Notes: generated from the letters alone by a model not told the origin. 30,445 nt of DNA from a virus (IMGVR_UViG_3300027753_000065:1-30445); one strand, 5' to 3'. Numbered from the stretch's first letter, positions 18,048-26,701 are shown. A program made the numbers and translations.

Positions 18048-18224
18048 ATGAAAACAATTAATTACAAAGGTTTCGAAGTAAGTGAAACAACTCAAGAAGG
18101 TGGCGCTACTACAGCAGTAGCTTATTTAAATGGTTCTATGATGTTTGGAACATTTAGTCACCTCGATTCATTAAGCGCAATCGATAAGATGATTGTAAAA
18201 ATTGATAACTACTTAAATAAATAA
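18048..18224 (+). CDS. Hypothetical early protein (58 aa)
   Basis: ATG 18048 follows the promoter and an A-rich leader; the track's TTG start lies within the promoter. Confidence 0.75.
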   Translation: MKTINYKGFEVSETTQEGGATTAVAYLNGSMMFGTFSHLDSLSAIDKMIVKIDNYLNK

Positions 18225-18228
18225 CGTT

Positions 18229-18414
18229 ATGACCAAAGAACAAATCATCGACCTAATCAAAGCCCAAGAGCAAGAGCTGTATGCTGATTTCAAACATTGC
18301 GAAAGGCAATACTGCGTAGAGCATAAGCATACAAGATTTGCATTCGGACAATGGGGTGCATTAGTGAACTTACTTGAAACAATCAAAAACAACGAAAACA
18401 ATGAAAACAATTAA
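18229..18414 (+). CDS. Hypothetical early protein (61 aa)
   Basis: Tightly packed ORF in the early operon. Confidence 0.7.
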   Translation: MTKEQIIDLIKAQEQELYADFKHCERQYCVEHKHTRFAFGQWGALVNLLETIKNNENNENN

Positions 18415-18628
18415 AAACCTAACACAAGAGGAGCGTGAGCTCCTTGGTGGTGCAGCTGTGATGGTTGCTGGACTCGCATTCTTATTTTGGCTTTGCACAA
18501 CCGTATCAAGACCAGTGATGGACCATCCAAGCATCGACCAACAAATCTATCATGAGCAGAGCTATGAGCTCCCAGCTTCATTCGATAAGTATGTCAACCA
18601 TGTATATAACGACAAATATGGAAAATAA
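18401..18628 (+). CDS. Small single-TM membrane protein
   Basis: MKTIKN start with an A-rich leader; hydrophobic segment LLGGAAVMVAGLAFLFWLC. Confidence 0.72.
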   Translation: MKTIKNLTQEERELLGGAAVMVAGLAFLFWLCTTVSRPVMDHPSIDQQIYHEQSYELPASFDKYVNHVYNDKYGK

Positions 18629-18929
18629 GTATTGGTTTTCAGAAGAGTCATCGAATGCCTCAGCCAACAGCATCATTGTTGATGTGTTCAATCGCTATGA
18701 TGATGAGCAAATCGGCACAATAAAACTAAATTACAGCTATGACAAAAACAACAATTATGAAGAATGGACAATTGAATCAACAGAGTGGCACCAGGACCTC
18801 ACCCTTCAAGAGTGCGATGAGGCAATGCAAGAACTTCTTGACAGCGCAACCGATAACTTCCACGAGTTCGCCTTCGAGTGCTACAACTATGACCCCAGAG
18901 AGGACGATGACGAGTGGTGGTGCGTTTAG
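18618..18929 (+). CDS. Highly acidic hypothetical protein
   Basis: MENKYWF... ~103 aa, D/E-rich, overlaps the upstream stop. Confidence 0.72.
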   Translation: MENKYWFSEESSNASANSIIVDVFNRYDDEQIGTIKLNYSYDKNNNYEEWTIESTEWHQDLTLQECDEAMQELLDSATDNFHEFAFECYNYDPREDDDEWWCV

Positions 18930-19014
18930 CCACTACCAGCGCAACCGATTCTGGACATCATTCGACCACGATCTATATAACCGAATTTGTGAAATTAAAA
19001 TGCAAGAGATATGA
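18907..19014 (+). CDS. Short hypothetical peptide (...RFWTSFDHDLYNRICEIKMQEI)
   Basis: Fills a gap; ATGA-coupled to the next gene; start uncertain. Confidence 0.45.
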   Translation: MTSGGAFSHYQRNRFWTSFDHDLYNRICEIKMQEI

Positions 19015-19394
19015 GCTATACAGAAATAACAGAATTAATTGGTAAGACATTAATAAACATAGATGTCGATATGGAGAAAGATGAAATTATTTTCACTTGT
19101 GACAATGGTGATATGTACAAAATGTATCACCAACAAGATTGTTGTGAATCAGTAGTAATTGATGATATAAATGGTGATATCAATGATTTAATTGGCTCAC
19201 CTATATTGATTGCTGAAGAGTTAACATTTTTAGATGAGAATCCAGATAATGTTGAAAAGCCAGAATATCAAGATTCATTTACATGGACATTTTACAAGCT
19301 CGCAACTATAAAAGGATTCGTTGATATTAGATGGTATGGAGATAGTAATGGGTATTATTCAGAAAGTGTTGATTTTAAAAAACTAACAAAATGA
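19011..19394 (+). CDS. Conserved phage hypothetical protein (HQQDCCESV / WTFYKLAT / SNGYYS family)
   Basis: Recognisable widespread phage family; visibly more AT-rich than its neighbours. Confidence 0.82.
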   Translation: MSYTEITELIGKTLINIDVDMEKDEIIFTCDNGDMYKMYHQQDCCESVVIDDINGDINDLIGSPILIAEELTFLDENPDNVEKPEYQDSFTWTFYKLATIKGFVDIRWYGDSNGYYSESVDFKKLTK

Positions 19395-19537
19395 GATTCA
19401 AACTAACATACCACATCGGCCCAGTATTGGTGCAAGAGTGGATATTCACCAGCAAAGGGCTGGCCTATTGGAAAAAGATGGACCTGATTGAAACGGGTCG
19501 ATTCAATGATGGCAAATTTAAAGTAACACCGGTATGA
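19391..19537 (+). CDS. Hypothetical 48-aa protein (MRFKLTYHIGPVLVQEWIF...), not in ORF track
   Basis: ATGA overlaps at both ends. Confidence 0.72.
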   Translation: MRFKLTYHIGPVLVQEWIFTSKGLAYWKKMDLIETGRFNDGKFKVTPV

Positions 19538-20631
19538 GAGTAGGTTCAGACTTCAGTGGTGTAGGAGCATTCAACCAAGCTCTAATGCGTTTAGGAGTAA
19601 ATTACGAAGAAGAGTTTGCCTGTGATATGGATAAATATGCACGAGACACATTCATCCACAACTATGGCGAGCCAAAGTACTATCCAACCAACGTATATGA
19701 CCGAGAGATTCCAACCGACTCACTCGATATTTACATGACATCACCGCCTTGTCAGGCATTCAGCTTGGCTGGAAAGAGACTCGGCAAAGAGGATAAGAGA
19801 GGAATCTTGTTTTTCAACTCACACGAGTTCATTCAGGTAAACAAGCCGAGATTCTTCATATTCGAGAACGTCAAAGGATTGCTCTCTGATGATGGCGGAA
19901 GGACATTCCAGGAGTGGGTGAATATGCTTGGAGGAAAATCAGTCAACGGAGTTCCAGTTCTATTCCCACACGATGACGCAGTTCCATACCATTTGTATTG
20001 GCAAGTTCTCAATGCAAAAAAGCACGGTGTACCGCAGAATCGTGAGCGAGTTTTCTTGATTGGAATCAGAGACGATCAAGACAATAAATTCCAATTCCCA
20101 CGAGAAGAGCATTTGACCAAACTATTGAAGGATGTGCTGGAGCTTGCTGTTGATGATAAGTATTTTTTGAGTGACACTAAAATTGAATATCTATTGAGAA
20201 CAGAAGGAACAACATTTGATGTAAATTCAAAAATTTTAGAAAATGATTTGCCTAATGAATCAAGAACAATTAAATCCGGTTACTGGAAATCAAATAGAGA
20301 TTGTCAATTTTTAAGAATCAAATCAGCCACAACCAAAGGATACGAACAAGCCACTGAAGGTGATTCAATCAATTTAAAAAACATAAACTCAGAAACAAGA
20401 AGAGGAAGAGTCGGAAAGGGAGTCGCACAAACAATCGAATCAAACAACATGAGTCAATTTACACTCAACAAAGGTTCAATCCGCAGACTCACACCAAGAG
20501 AATGCTTCAGATTGATGGACTTCCCAGATACATTCACCTGGAAGGTAAGCGATTCACAAGCATACAAGCAAGCTGGCAACTCAATTGTTGTCAATGTACT
20601 ATATAAAATTTTAAAACAACTACCGTTATGA
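19534..20631 (+). CDS. C5-cytosine DNA methyltransferase (orphan)
   Basis: Motifs I (FSGVG), IV (PPCQ), VI (ENV), VIII (QNRER), IX (RRLTPRECFRLM) and X (YKQAGNS). Confidence 0.95.
   Translation: MRVGSDFSGVGAFNQALMRLGVNYEEEFACDMDKYARDTFIHNYGEPKYYPTNVYDREIPTDSLDIYMTSPPCQAFSLAGKRLGKEDKRGILFFNSHEFIQVNKPRFFIFENVKGLLSDDGGRTFQEWVNMLGGKSVNGVPVLFPHDDAVPYHLYWQVLNAKKHGVPQNRERVFLIGIRDDQDNKFQFPREEHLTKLLKDVLELAVDDKYFLSDTKIEYLLRTEGTTFDVNSKILENDLPNESRTIKSGYWKSNRDCQFLRIKSATTKGYEQATEGDSINLKNINSETRRGRVGKGVAQTIESNNMSQFTLNKGSIRRLTPRECFRLMDFPDTFTWKVSDSQAYKQAGNSIVVNVLYKILKQLPL
20605..20631 (+). repeat. 27-nt direct repeat, copy 1
   Basis: AAAATTTTAAAACAACTACCGTTATGA. Confidence 0.9.
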
Positions 20632-20783
20632 AATGTCCAATGTGTAATGAAGAAATAATAATAGAAGGGAATCACACCTATGAAGAGTATGGAATTGATG
20701 ACCAAATTGGTTATGTATACAATATGACTTGTTACAATGAGGATTGCGATGTTGAGTCAATAATAATATACACAAAATCTTAA
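20628..20783 (+). CDS. 51-aa zinc-ribbon-like protein (MKCPMC...TCYNEDC), not in ORF track
   Basis: CxxC and Cx4C pairs; ATGA-coupled to the methyltransferase. Confidence 0.75.
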   Translation: MKCPMCNEEIIIEGNHTYEEYGIDDQIGYVYNMTCYNEDCDVESIIIYTKS

Positions 20784-20800
20784 AGCAACTACCGTTATGA
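20774..20800 (+). repeat. 27-nt direct repeat, copy 2
   Basis: AAAATCTTAAAGCAACTACCGTTATGA, 25/27 identical to copy 1. Confidence 0.9.
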
Positions 20801-21201
20801 CAATTCAAGAACTAATCGAACAAATCAACGTTGAAATCAAAGCAAGAGACCTGGCCTATTATCCTGGCTCTGATAATCGTGCACGATACAAAACATATCA
20901 GCGATTCTACCTATTCACATTCTTGAGGAAGCACAAGCTCACGCTGGTAGAAATCGGTGAACTATTCGGACTGGACCACTCAACAGTAGTGTATGGCCTC
21001 AAGCAAGCCAATAACATGAAAAAGGATAGGTTGTATCTCAAGATGACAGATGAGCTGCGTCAAAAATTCGAGCAATACACCGCTCTGAACTATCCCATCA
21101 CAAGAAGTATAGCTCACGATGTGATGCAATGTGGCTCATTTTGGGAGTTCAGAAAGCTCCAAGATGACATCAAGAATGGTATGTACAGCGTGACGGTATG
21201 A
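20797..21201 (+). CDS. DnaA C-terminal (domain IV)-like HTH protein
   Basis: TLVEIGELFGLDHSTVVYG matches the DnaA signature S/TLxxIGxxFGxRDHTTV. Confidence 0.75.
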   Translation: MTIQELIEQINVEIKARDLAYYPGSDNRARYKTYQRFYLFTFLRKHKLTLVEIGELFGLDHSTVVYGLKQANNMKKDRLYLKMTDELRQKFEQYTALNYPITRSIAHDVMQCGSFWEFRKLQDDIKNGMYSVTV

Positions 21202-21375
21202 CACATTCTCTTATATACCGATTTGCAGAGTATTGCCAAACACACCAAGAGCAAAAAATTTTTGAGAGCGTCACCGTCACGGAAAAACGTTAAGTCGCAC
21301 AGAGTCAGCTTTTTAACCCTTATGATTTGCATATTTACCGTCACGCAGCGTCACGAAAGAGCTAATTAGCGTCAC
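21190..21375. repeat. CGTCAC repeat cluster, candidate replication origin
   Basis: Direct copies at 21269, 21275, 21339, 21349 and 21370, and an inverted copy at 21190, in the gap before the primase-helicase. Confidence 0.65.
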
Positions 21376-21380
21376 GAAAT

Positions 21381-21391
21381 GCGTATATTTA
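21381..21391 (+). promoter_or_regulatory. GCGTATATTTA, -7-like promoter element
   Basis: The same 11-mer occurs at 24270-24280; both lie shortly before a replication/recombination gene. Confidence 0.5.
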
Positions 21392-21412
21392 TAGCCCAAC
21401 TAACAACAATTT

Positions 21413-23812
21413 ATGAAAGTTTCAATCTTTAAATCACTATTTAACATTAAAGAAACCCCATTTGAGCTGTCCATTCAGGATGTGTACAACCGCATCAGAC
21501 TCGGCAATCCAGAGCTCATCAAAAAGGTGGCAACAATACGATCACTCGAGAAGGCTGACCCAGAGCATGACCGCCTCAAGTCATCACTGAATGCAATCAT
21601 GTTCAATGGGACATTCACCGAGCGAAATGACAGCAGCCTGGTTGAGCATTCTGGTCTGTGCATCCTGGACTTTGACCAATATCCAACCAAGAAGCTAATG
21701 ATGGATGAACGCAAGCGGCTGATTGCTGACCCCCATGTGATGATGGTGTTCACCTCTCCCAGTGGGAATGGTCTCAAAGCTGTCATTAGAATCCCAAAGT
21801 CTGATAAGGTAGAGCATAAGCGCAGATTCACAGCATTCGGCAAGTACTTCGACAGCGAATACTTCGACACCAAGAATAGCAACGTCAGTCGGGTGTGCTT
21901 TGAATCCTATGACCCTGACATCTACTTCAATGAGTTCTGTCAAGTCTATGAGGGCATCGAGCAAGACCAGGGCTTCAGCTACACCGAGAGAACCCCCACT
22001 TGCATTCTGTCTGATGAGGATAAAATCATCAACCTGATTGAGAAGTTCGACCACGGATGTCGATTTGCCGATGGCAGTCGCAATGAGTTTGTGTTTAAAT
22101 TGGCAGCAGTACTGTGCGAGTATGGCATCAGTAAGGATACAGCAGAGCAGTACATATTCACCAAGTATGCTCAAGGCACCAGCTTCACCGAGCAAGAGAT
22201 GGTGACAACCGTGCGCTCGGCATACAAGAAAGCCTCCTATGGCATCAAGTACTTCGAAGATAAGGATACCTTCCAAAAGGTACGACAGAAGCTCAAGAGT
22301 GGTGTGGCTGACCATGACATCAAGAAACAGCTGAACGTGCGAGAGGATGTCATTGAGGACATAAAAAAAGAGATACAAACAGGTGATGATATCTTCTGGT
22401 CAGTCAATGAGAAGGGTGGCATCACGATTCAGCCATCAAATTACGCTGAATTCTTGGTCAAGAACGGATTCAACAAGTACTATCCTGAGAATGCTGAGAA
22501 GCCAACCTTTGTGAGAGTCAAAGAAAACAAGGTCAGAATATCATCAGCAGAACAAATCAAGGACTTTGTGCTTACCTATCTGCAAGGAAAGGGTGAGATG
22601 GATGTGTGGAACTACTGCTCGAGGAATGCGTTTCTCTTTAATGAGAACTTCATAAATATGATTGACAGTATCAACATACTGATGCTTCAGGATAGCAAGA
22701 GCTCCTCATACATCCCATTCAAGAATGGAGTGGCCAAGATATCTAAGAGCAAAGTGGAGCTCAAGAGCTACATCGATGTGGATGGCTATATCTGGGAGAA
22801 TCAAATCATCGACAGAGATTTCACCAAGCTGGATGACTGCACAAATGACTTCCAAGATTTCGTTAGCAAGGTATCAGCAGATGACAGCGGAAGAGTCGAT
22901 GCACTGGAGACAACCCTTGGCTACCTGATGCACACATTCAAAGACAAGACTGACCAAAAGGCAATCATATTCAATGACCAAGAAATCGATGACAACCCGA
23001 ATGGAGGCTCAGGTAAGTCACTGATGTTGGCAGCACTGAACAATCTGCGCAGAGTGGTCAAGATAGATGGCAAGAGCTTCAACCCATCAAAGTCTGATTT
23101 CGTTTATCAGCGAGTGAACCTGGACACTCAGATACTTGCATTCGATGACGTAAGAAAGGCATTCGACTTCGAGCAGCTCTTCAGCCTCATCACAGAGGGA
23201 ATCACCGTGAATCGAAAGAATAAGGATGAGATTTTTATCCCATTCAACCGCTCACCCAAGATTGTCATCACCACCAACTATGTCATCAGTGGTGCTGGCT
23301 CTTCTCATGATCGCAGAAGGCATGAGCTGGAGTTCTATCAGTACTTCCATTCCAAGCGCAGCCCACTTGATGAGTATGGTCGCCTATTATTCGACTCCTG
23401 GGCAGATGAGGATTGGCTCAAGTTCGACAACTACATGGTCAAGAACCTACAAAAGTACCTGACAAATGGATTGATGAAAGCCATCAGCATCAACGCAGAT
23501 GCCAAGCGACTCATCCAGGCAACTTGCAAAGATTTCTTTGATTGGGCTGAAGAGGGCAACCTCGCTCTGGATGTGTACTACTACAACGGAACCAAGATAC
23601 AAGAATTCATTTCCGAATTTACCTCATTCAAGGAGCTCGAGCCACGCAGATTCCTGAAATGGGTGCAGTCGTATGCCGATTATAAAGGCTATAATGTCAC
23701 CAAAGGTCGCAATCACAACGGCAGATATTTCATTCTCGATTCGGGAACTGCCAAACCGACTCCAGAATCTGATGATATTTGGGATGAACTAAACGAAAAA
23801 GCGAAACAATGA
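21413..23812 (+). CDS. Primase-helicase (BT4734/VirE_N-like N-terminus, PriCT, SF3-type P-loop helicase)
   Basis: SGLCILDFD, FTSPSGNGLK and SRVCFESYD; GSRNEFVFKLA; Walker A GGSGKS; Walker B LAFDD; motif C IVITTN. Confidence 0.9.
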   Translation: MKVSIFKSLFNIKETPFELSIQDVYNRIRLGNPELIKKVATIRSLEKADPEHDRLKSSLNAIMFNGTFTERNDSSLVEHSGLCILDFDQYPTKKLMMDERKRLIADPHVMMVFTSPSGNGLKAVIRIPKSDKVEHKRRFTAFGKYFDSEYFDTKNSNVSRVCFESYDPDIYFNEFCQVYEGIEQDQGFSYTERTPTCILSDEDKIINLIEKFDHGCRFADGSRNEFVFKLAAVLCEYGISKDTAEQYIFTKYAQGTSFTEQEMVTTVRSAYKKASYGIKYFEDKDTFQKVRQKLKSGVADHDIKKQLNVREDVIEDIKKEIQTGDDIFWSVNEKGGITIQPSNYAEFLVKNGFNKYYPENAEKPTFVRVKENKVRISSAEQIKDFVLTYLQGKGEMDVWNYCSRNAFLFNENFINMIDSINILMLQDSKSSSYIPFKNGVAKISKSKVELKSYIDVDGYIWENQIIDRDFTKLDDCTNDFQDFVSKVSADDSGRVDALETTLGYLMHTFKDKTDQKAIIFNDQEIDDNPNGGSGKSLMLAALNNLRRVVKIDGKSFNPSKSDFVYQRVNLDTQILAFDDVRKAFDFEQLFSLITEGITVNRKNKDEIFIPFNRSPKIVITTNYVISGAGSSHDRRRHELEFYQYFHSKRSPLDEYGRLLFDSWADEDWLKFDNYMVKNLQKYLTNGLMKAISINADAKRLIQATCKDFFDWAEEGNLALDVYYYNGTKIQEFISEFTSFKELEPRRFLKWVQSYADYKGYNVTKGRNHNGRYFILDSGTAKPTPESDDIWDELNEKAKQ

Positions 23813-24267
23813 CAAGACAACACCGAGCAATGCTCAAAGACCTCCAGCTCAAGCACAAGATGGAAAAGTATACAACCATTCCACCGCACCTGATTGCCCT
23901 GGACCAATGGAATGACAACTCAGCCAATGCTCTGACTAAATCCATCATCGCATTCCTTCAGTTTAGCAACTGCCAAGCGGAGAGAATCAATACGATGGGA
24001 GTCTATCGCAAAAAATACCGCACTGATGGAGTCGCCATCGGTGGTCAGTGGACCAAGGGAACCGGAACACCAGGCTCGGCAGATATCTCCGCAACGATCA
24101 AGGGCCGCTCAGTCAAGATTGAGGTCAAGTATGGCAAGGATAGGCAGTCAGATGTGCAGAAAGCATACCAGAAAGCCATCGAAGAGGCTGGTGGTGTGTA
24201 TGTTATTGCAAAAGATTTTGAAGGATTCTTAAATTTTTATGAGCAGTTTTGCGAATCAATCAAATAA
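23809..24267 (+). CDS. VRR-NUC / PD-(D/E)XK nuclease
   Basis: GSADI...IEVK...RQSDVQK...IEEAGGVY. Confidence 0.85.
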   Translation: MTRQHRAMLKDLQLKHKMEKYTTIPPHLIALDQWNDNSANALTKSIIAFLQFSNCQAERINTMGVYRKKYRTDGVAIGGQWTKGTGTPGSADISATIKGRSVKIEVKYGKDRQSDVQKAYQKAIEEAGGVYVIAKDFEGFLNFYEQFCESIK

Positions 24268-24280
24268 AAGCGTATATTTA
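24248..24280 (+). promoter_or_regulatory. Putative Bacteroidota-type promoter
   Basis: TTTG (24248-24251), 21-nt spacer, TATATTTA (24273-24280). Confidence 0.55.
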
Positions 24281-24307
24281 CAATTCAAAACAACAAAAAC
24301 AACAATT

Positions 24308-24841
24308 ATGACTACAAAAAAAGCGGAGGCTACACTCGCAGAGCCAATGAACATTTGGCAAAAATTGCACGCTGCCAAGCAGCAAATCGGAAAGGTTGCT
24401 AAGAATGCAACGAATCCACATTTCAAAAAGAGCTATGCTGACATCAATGCGCTGCTCACAACGGTGGAGCCTATTCTCCACGAGCATGGACTGCTACTCT
24501 TGCAGCCAGTGGTTGGCAATGATGTGGTGACTCGTATCATCGATATCGACTCTGGTGAGATAATCGAGTCATTCATGAGCCTTCCAGTCATCACAGACCC
24601 CCAAAAGGTGCTCGCTGCCGTCACTTATTTCAGAAGAGGTACTTTGCAGTCACTGCTATCACTTCAAGCCGTAGATGATGATGGCAATGGTGCAGCAGAT
24701 TCACAGAAAGGAAAGCCAACGATTAATGCAGAGCGATTCAAATCAGCACTCGAATCAATCGAAGCTGGAAAGTACACAGCACAGCAGTTGGCCACCAACT
24801 ATGCACTCACTGAAGCTCAATCTAAAATGCTCGCACTATGA
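24308..24841 (+). CDS. erf: ERF-family single-strand annealing protein
   Basis: KNATNPHFKKSYADI and AAVTYFRRGTLQSLL...DDDGN; start set at ATG 24308. Confidence 0.85.
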   Translation: MTTKKAEATLAEPMNIWQKLHAAKQQIGKVAKNATNPHFKKSYADINALLTTVEPILHEHGLLLLQPVVGNDVVTRIIDIDSGEIIESFMSLPVITDPQKVLAAVTYFRRGTLQSLLSLQAVDDDGNGAADSQKGKPTINAERFKSALESIEAGKYTAQQLATNYALTEAQSKMLAL

Positions 24842-25455
24842 AATGGCATCCATCGCAAATCGGGAAGCTGATGACCAATGGCAGAGCCAAGGACAGCATC
24901 GGAGAAACAGCCAAGAGCTACATCAAGCAGTGTGCAAAGGAGGACTTCTACAACTACACCACAGAACTCAACAACAAATACATCTGGAAAGGTAGAGAGC
25001 AAGAGCTGGAGTCCATCAACCTCATCAACTCGGTGAGATTCACTGACTATGTAAAGAATGAATGGACCATTGAGAATGACTATCTCATCGGAACTGCTGA
25101 TATTGTCATCGAGTCAAGAGTAATTGACGTCAAAACATCATGGTCACTGGATACATTCCCGGCACTGATGGAAGATGCTGTCAATCCACTCTATGAATGG
25201 CAGCTGCGTGCTTACATGATGTTGTATAACAAGCCATGTGCTGAGCTCATCTACTGCATGGTCACCACCTGGGATGAATTCCTTAATGAATACGAGAATC
25301 TCCAGCTGCACAGAGTCGACCACATCAATCCTGAGAAGCGCATCACAGCTCTCTGGTACGATAGAGATGAAGATATTGAGGCCAAGATGGTTGCTCGCCT
25401 TAAAGAAGCATCAGACCTATATCACGAATATTATGAACAACTAAATAACAAGTAA
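24838..25455 (+). CDS. YqaJ/lambda-exonuclease-like 5'-3' exonuclease
   Basis: PSQI, GREQE, GTADI...IDVK and YEWQLRAYM; adjacent to ERF. Confidence 0.82.
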   Translation: MKWHPSQIGKLMTNGRAKDSIGETAKSYIKQCAKEDFYNYTTELNNKYIWKGREQELESINLINSVRFTDYVKNEWTIENDYLIGTADIVIESRVIDVKTSWSLDTFPALMEDAVNPLYEWQLRAYMMLYNKPCAELIYCMVTTWDEFLNEYENLQLHRVDHINPEKRITALWYDRDEDIEAKMVARLKEASDLYHEYYEQLNNK

Positions 25456-25456
25456 A

Positions 25457-25777
25457 ATGGAAGAGCTAAAAGCAAAAGGCACCATTCACCACATCGGTGA
25501 AGCCAGACAAGTGAGTGAGAAGATGAATATCAGAGAATTTGTTCTCTCAATCGGTGACAAGTATCCACAGCTGGTACAATTTCAAGCAGTCAATGAGCGA
25601 GTGAGATTCCTGGATGGAGCCAAAGTCGGTCAAGAATGTGAGGTCAAGTTCGACCTGAGAGGCAGAGAGTACAACGGCAAGTATTATGTGAGCCTCAATG
25701 CTTGGGATATCCGAATCGATGCAGCAGCACCATCAACACCAATATCAGATGAAATCGATGACGATCTACCTTTCTGA
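25457..25777 (+). CDS. DUF3127-like single-stranded DNA-binding protein
   Basis: REFVL...KYPQ...FDLRGREYNGKYY.SL.AW and an acidic DDDLPF tail. Confidence 0.85.
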   Translation: MEELKAKGTIHHIGEARQVSEKMNIREFVLSIGDKYPQLVQFQAVNERVRFLDGAKVGQECEVKFDLRGREYNGKYYVSLNAWDIRIDAAAPSTPISDEIDDDLPF

Positions 25778-25958
25778 TGGGGAGAATATCCGGGACTTCA
25801 TACACAAGGAATTGAGGTCCCGAATCTCCAAGAGATATCGAATGACTCACCTGGCTGAGGACATGAATCTCAATTACTATACTGTCACCCGATTTATGAG
25901 GGGTCAAGGTGTGGGTGATGAGTTCTATATCCAAGCCTTCAACTTCCTGATGAAATGA
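25749..25958 (+). CDS. Small HTH (Cro/XRE-like) protein
   Basis: MTHLAEDMNLNYYTVTRFMRG; start is 25749 or 25758. Confidence 0.6.
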   Translation: MKSMTIYLSDGENIRDFIHKELRSRISKRYRMTHLAEDMNLNYYTVTRFMRGQGVGDEFYIQAFNFLMK

Positions 25959-26143
25959 AGTACTTTATTGCATACATAGGAAGCAAGAATGACAACCTCG
26001 ATAAGCTAATTGCAAGAGTCGATGATTTATTCAAGATGATGCCAGGTGTCAACACTTGCATCGTGATTACCTTATCAGATGAGGTGCACATCTCGGAAGT
26101 GACTGCTGATGAATTCTATGAACAATGGTCAAGCCTTAACTAA
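25955..26143 (+). CDS. Hypothetical protein (62 aa)
   Basis: Coupled ORF. Confidence 0.7.
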   Translation: MKYFIAYIGSKNDNLDKLIARVDDLFKMMPGVNTCIVITLSDEVHISEVTADEFYEQWSSLN

Positions 26144-26358
26144 TGGAAGAGCAAATACAAGACACAATACTAATCAAGGTGCTTGGCAAGTATTATGAGC
26201 GCAGCCAGCTCGGCATCGAGAAGTATGGGCGCACTTTAGATCGTGATGACCTGAGCCTCACCGATTGGCTCAACCATCTCCAGGAGGAGCTGATGGATGC
26301 CACGCTGTATATTGAGAGGCTCAAATCAGAAGTCAAAACCTTTAAACAAGAACAATGA
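26143..26358 (+). CDS. Small conserved phage protein, all-alpha NTP-pyrophosphatase-like
   Basis: RSQLGIEKYG...WLNHLQEELMDATLY (EExxD motif). Confidence 0.65.
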   Translation: MEEQIQDTILIKVLGKYYERSQLGIEKYGRTLDRDDLSLTDWLNHLQEELMDATLYIERLKSEVKTFKQEQ

Positions 26359-26459
26359 GACCTGACCAAGAATACTGCGCAGCACTCGCCACGATGATAC
26401 TCGTGACCACAGTGGCTATCATATTGATTTTTAAACTTATCTTTGACGTATGGAACTGA
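26355..26459 (+). CDS. 34-aa membrane peptide, not in ORF track
   Basis: MRPDQEYCAALATMILVTTVAIILIFKLIFDVWN; ATGA-coupled. Confidence 0.55.
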   Translation: MRPDQEYCAALATMILVTTVAIILIFKLIFDVWN

Positions 26460-26701
26460 TACTATCATACCTCGCCCTCGGATGGCTCATCGCCAACTTC
26501 GAGCCTCTGCACTGGGTCATCGACCTACTATTCATCAAGGTGATTCCCAATGGGAAGCTCGGTGATTACATTCATGCTGCATTCGGTTGCTGGAAGTGTA
26601 CGTCATTTTGGACTGCGCTGATACTTTCAGGCAATATATATACGGCAGCAATCACAGCGATGGGTGCCTACATCATCAGCGAATGGATAGAGAGCAAATA
26701 G
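26450..26701 (+). CDS. Small membrane protein with CxxC (DUF1360-like)
   Basis: Hydrophobic, with FGCWKCTSFW. Confidence 0.65.
   Translation: MELILSYLALGWLIANFEPLHWVIDLLFIKVIPNGKLGDYIHAAFGCWKCTSFWTALILSGNIYTAAITAMGAYIISEWIESK

Noticed and set aside
21190-21375. CRISPR or mini-array
   Set aside because: The repeats are only 6-9 nt with irregular spacing.
26631-26640. GCAATATAT as another late promoter
   Set aside because: Lacks the leading T, the upstream AACA box and an adjacent ATG; it lies inside a CDS.
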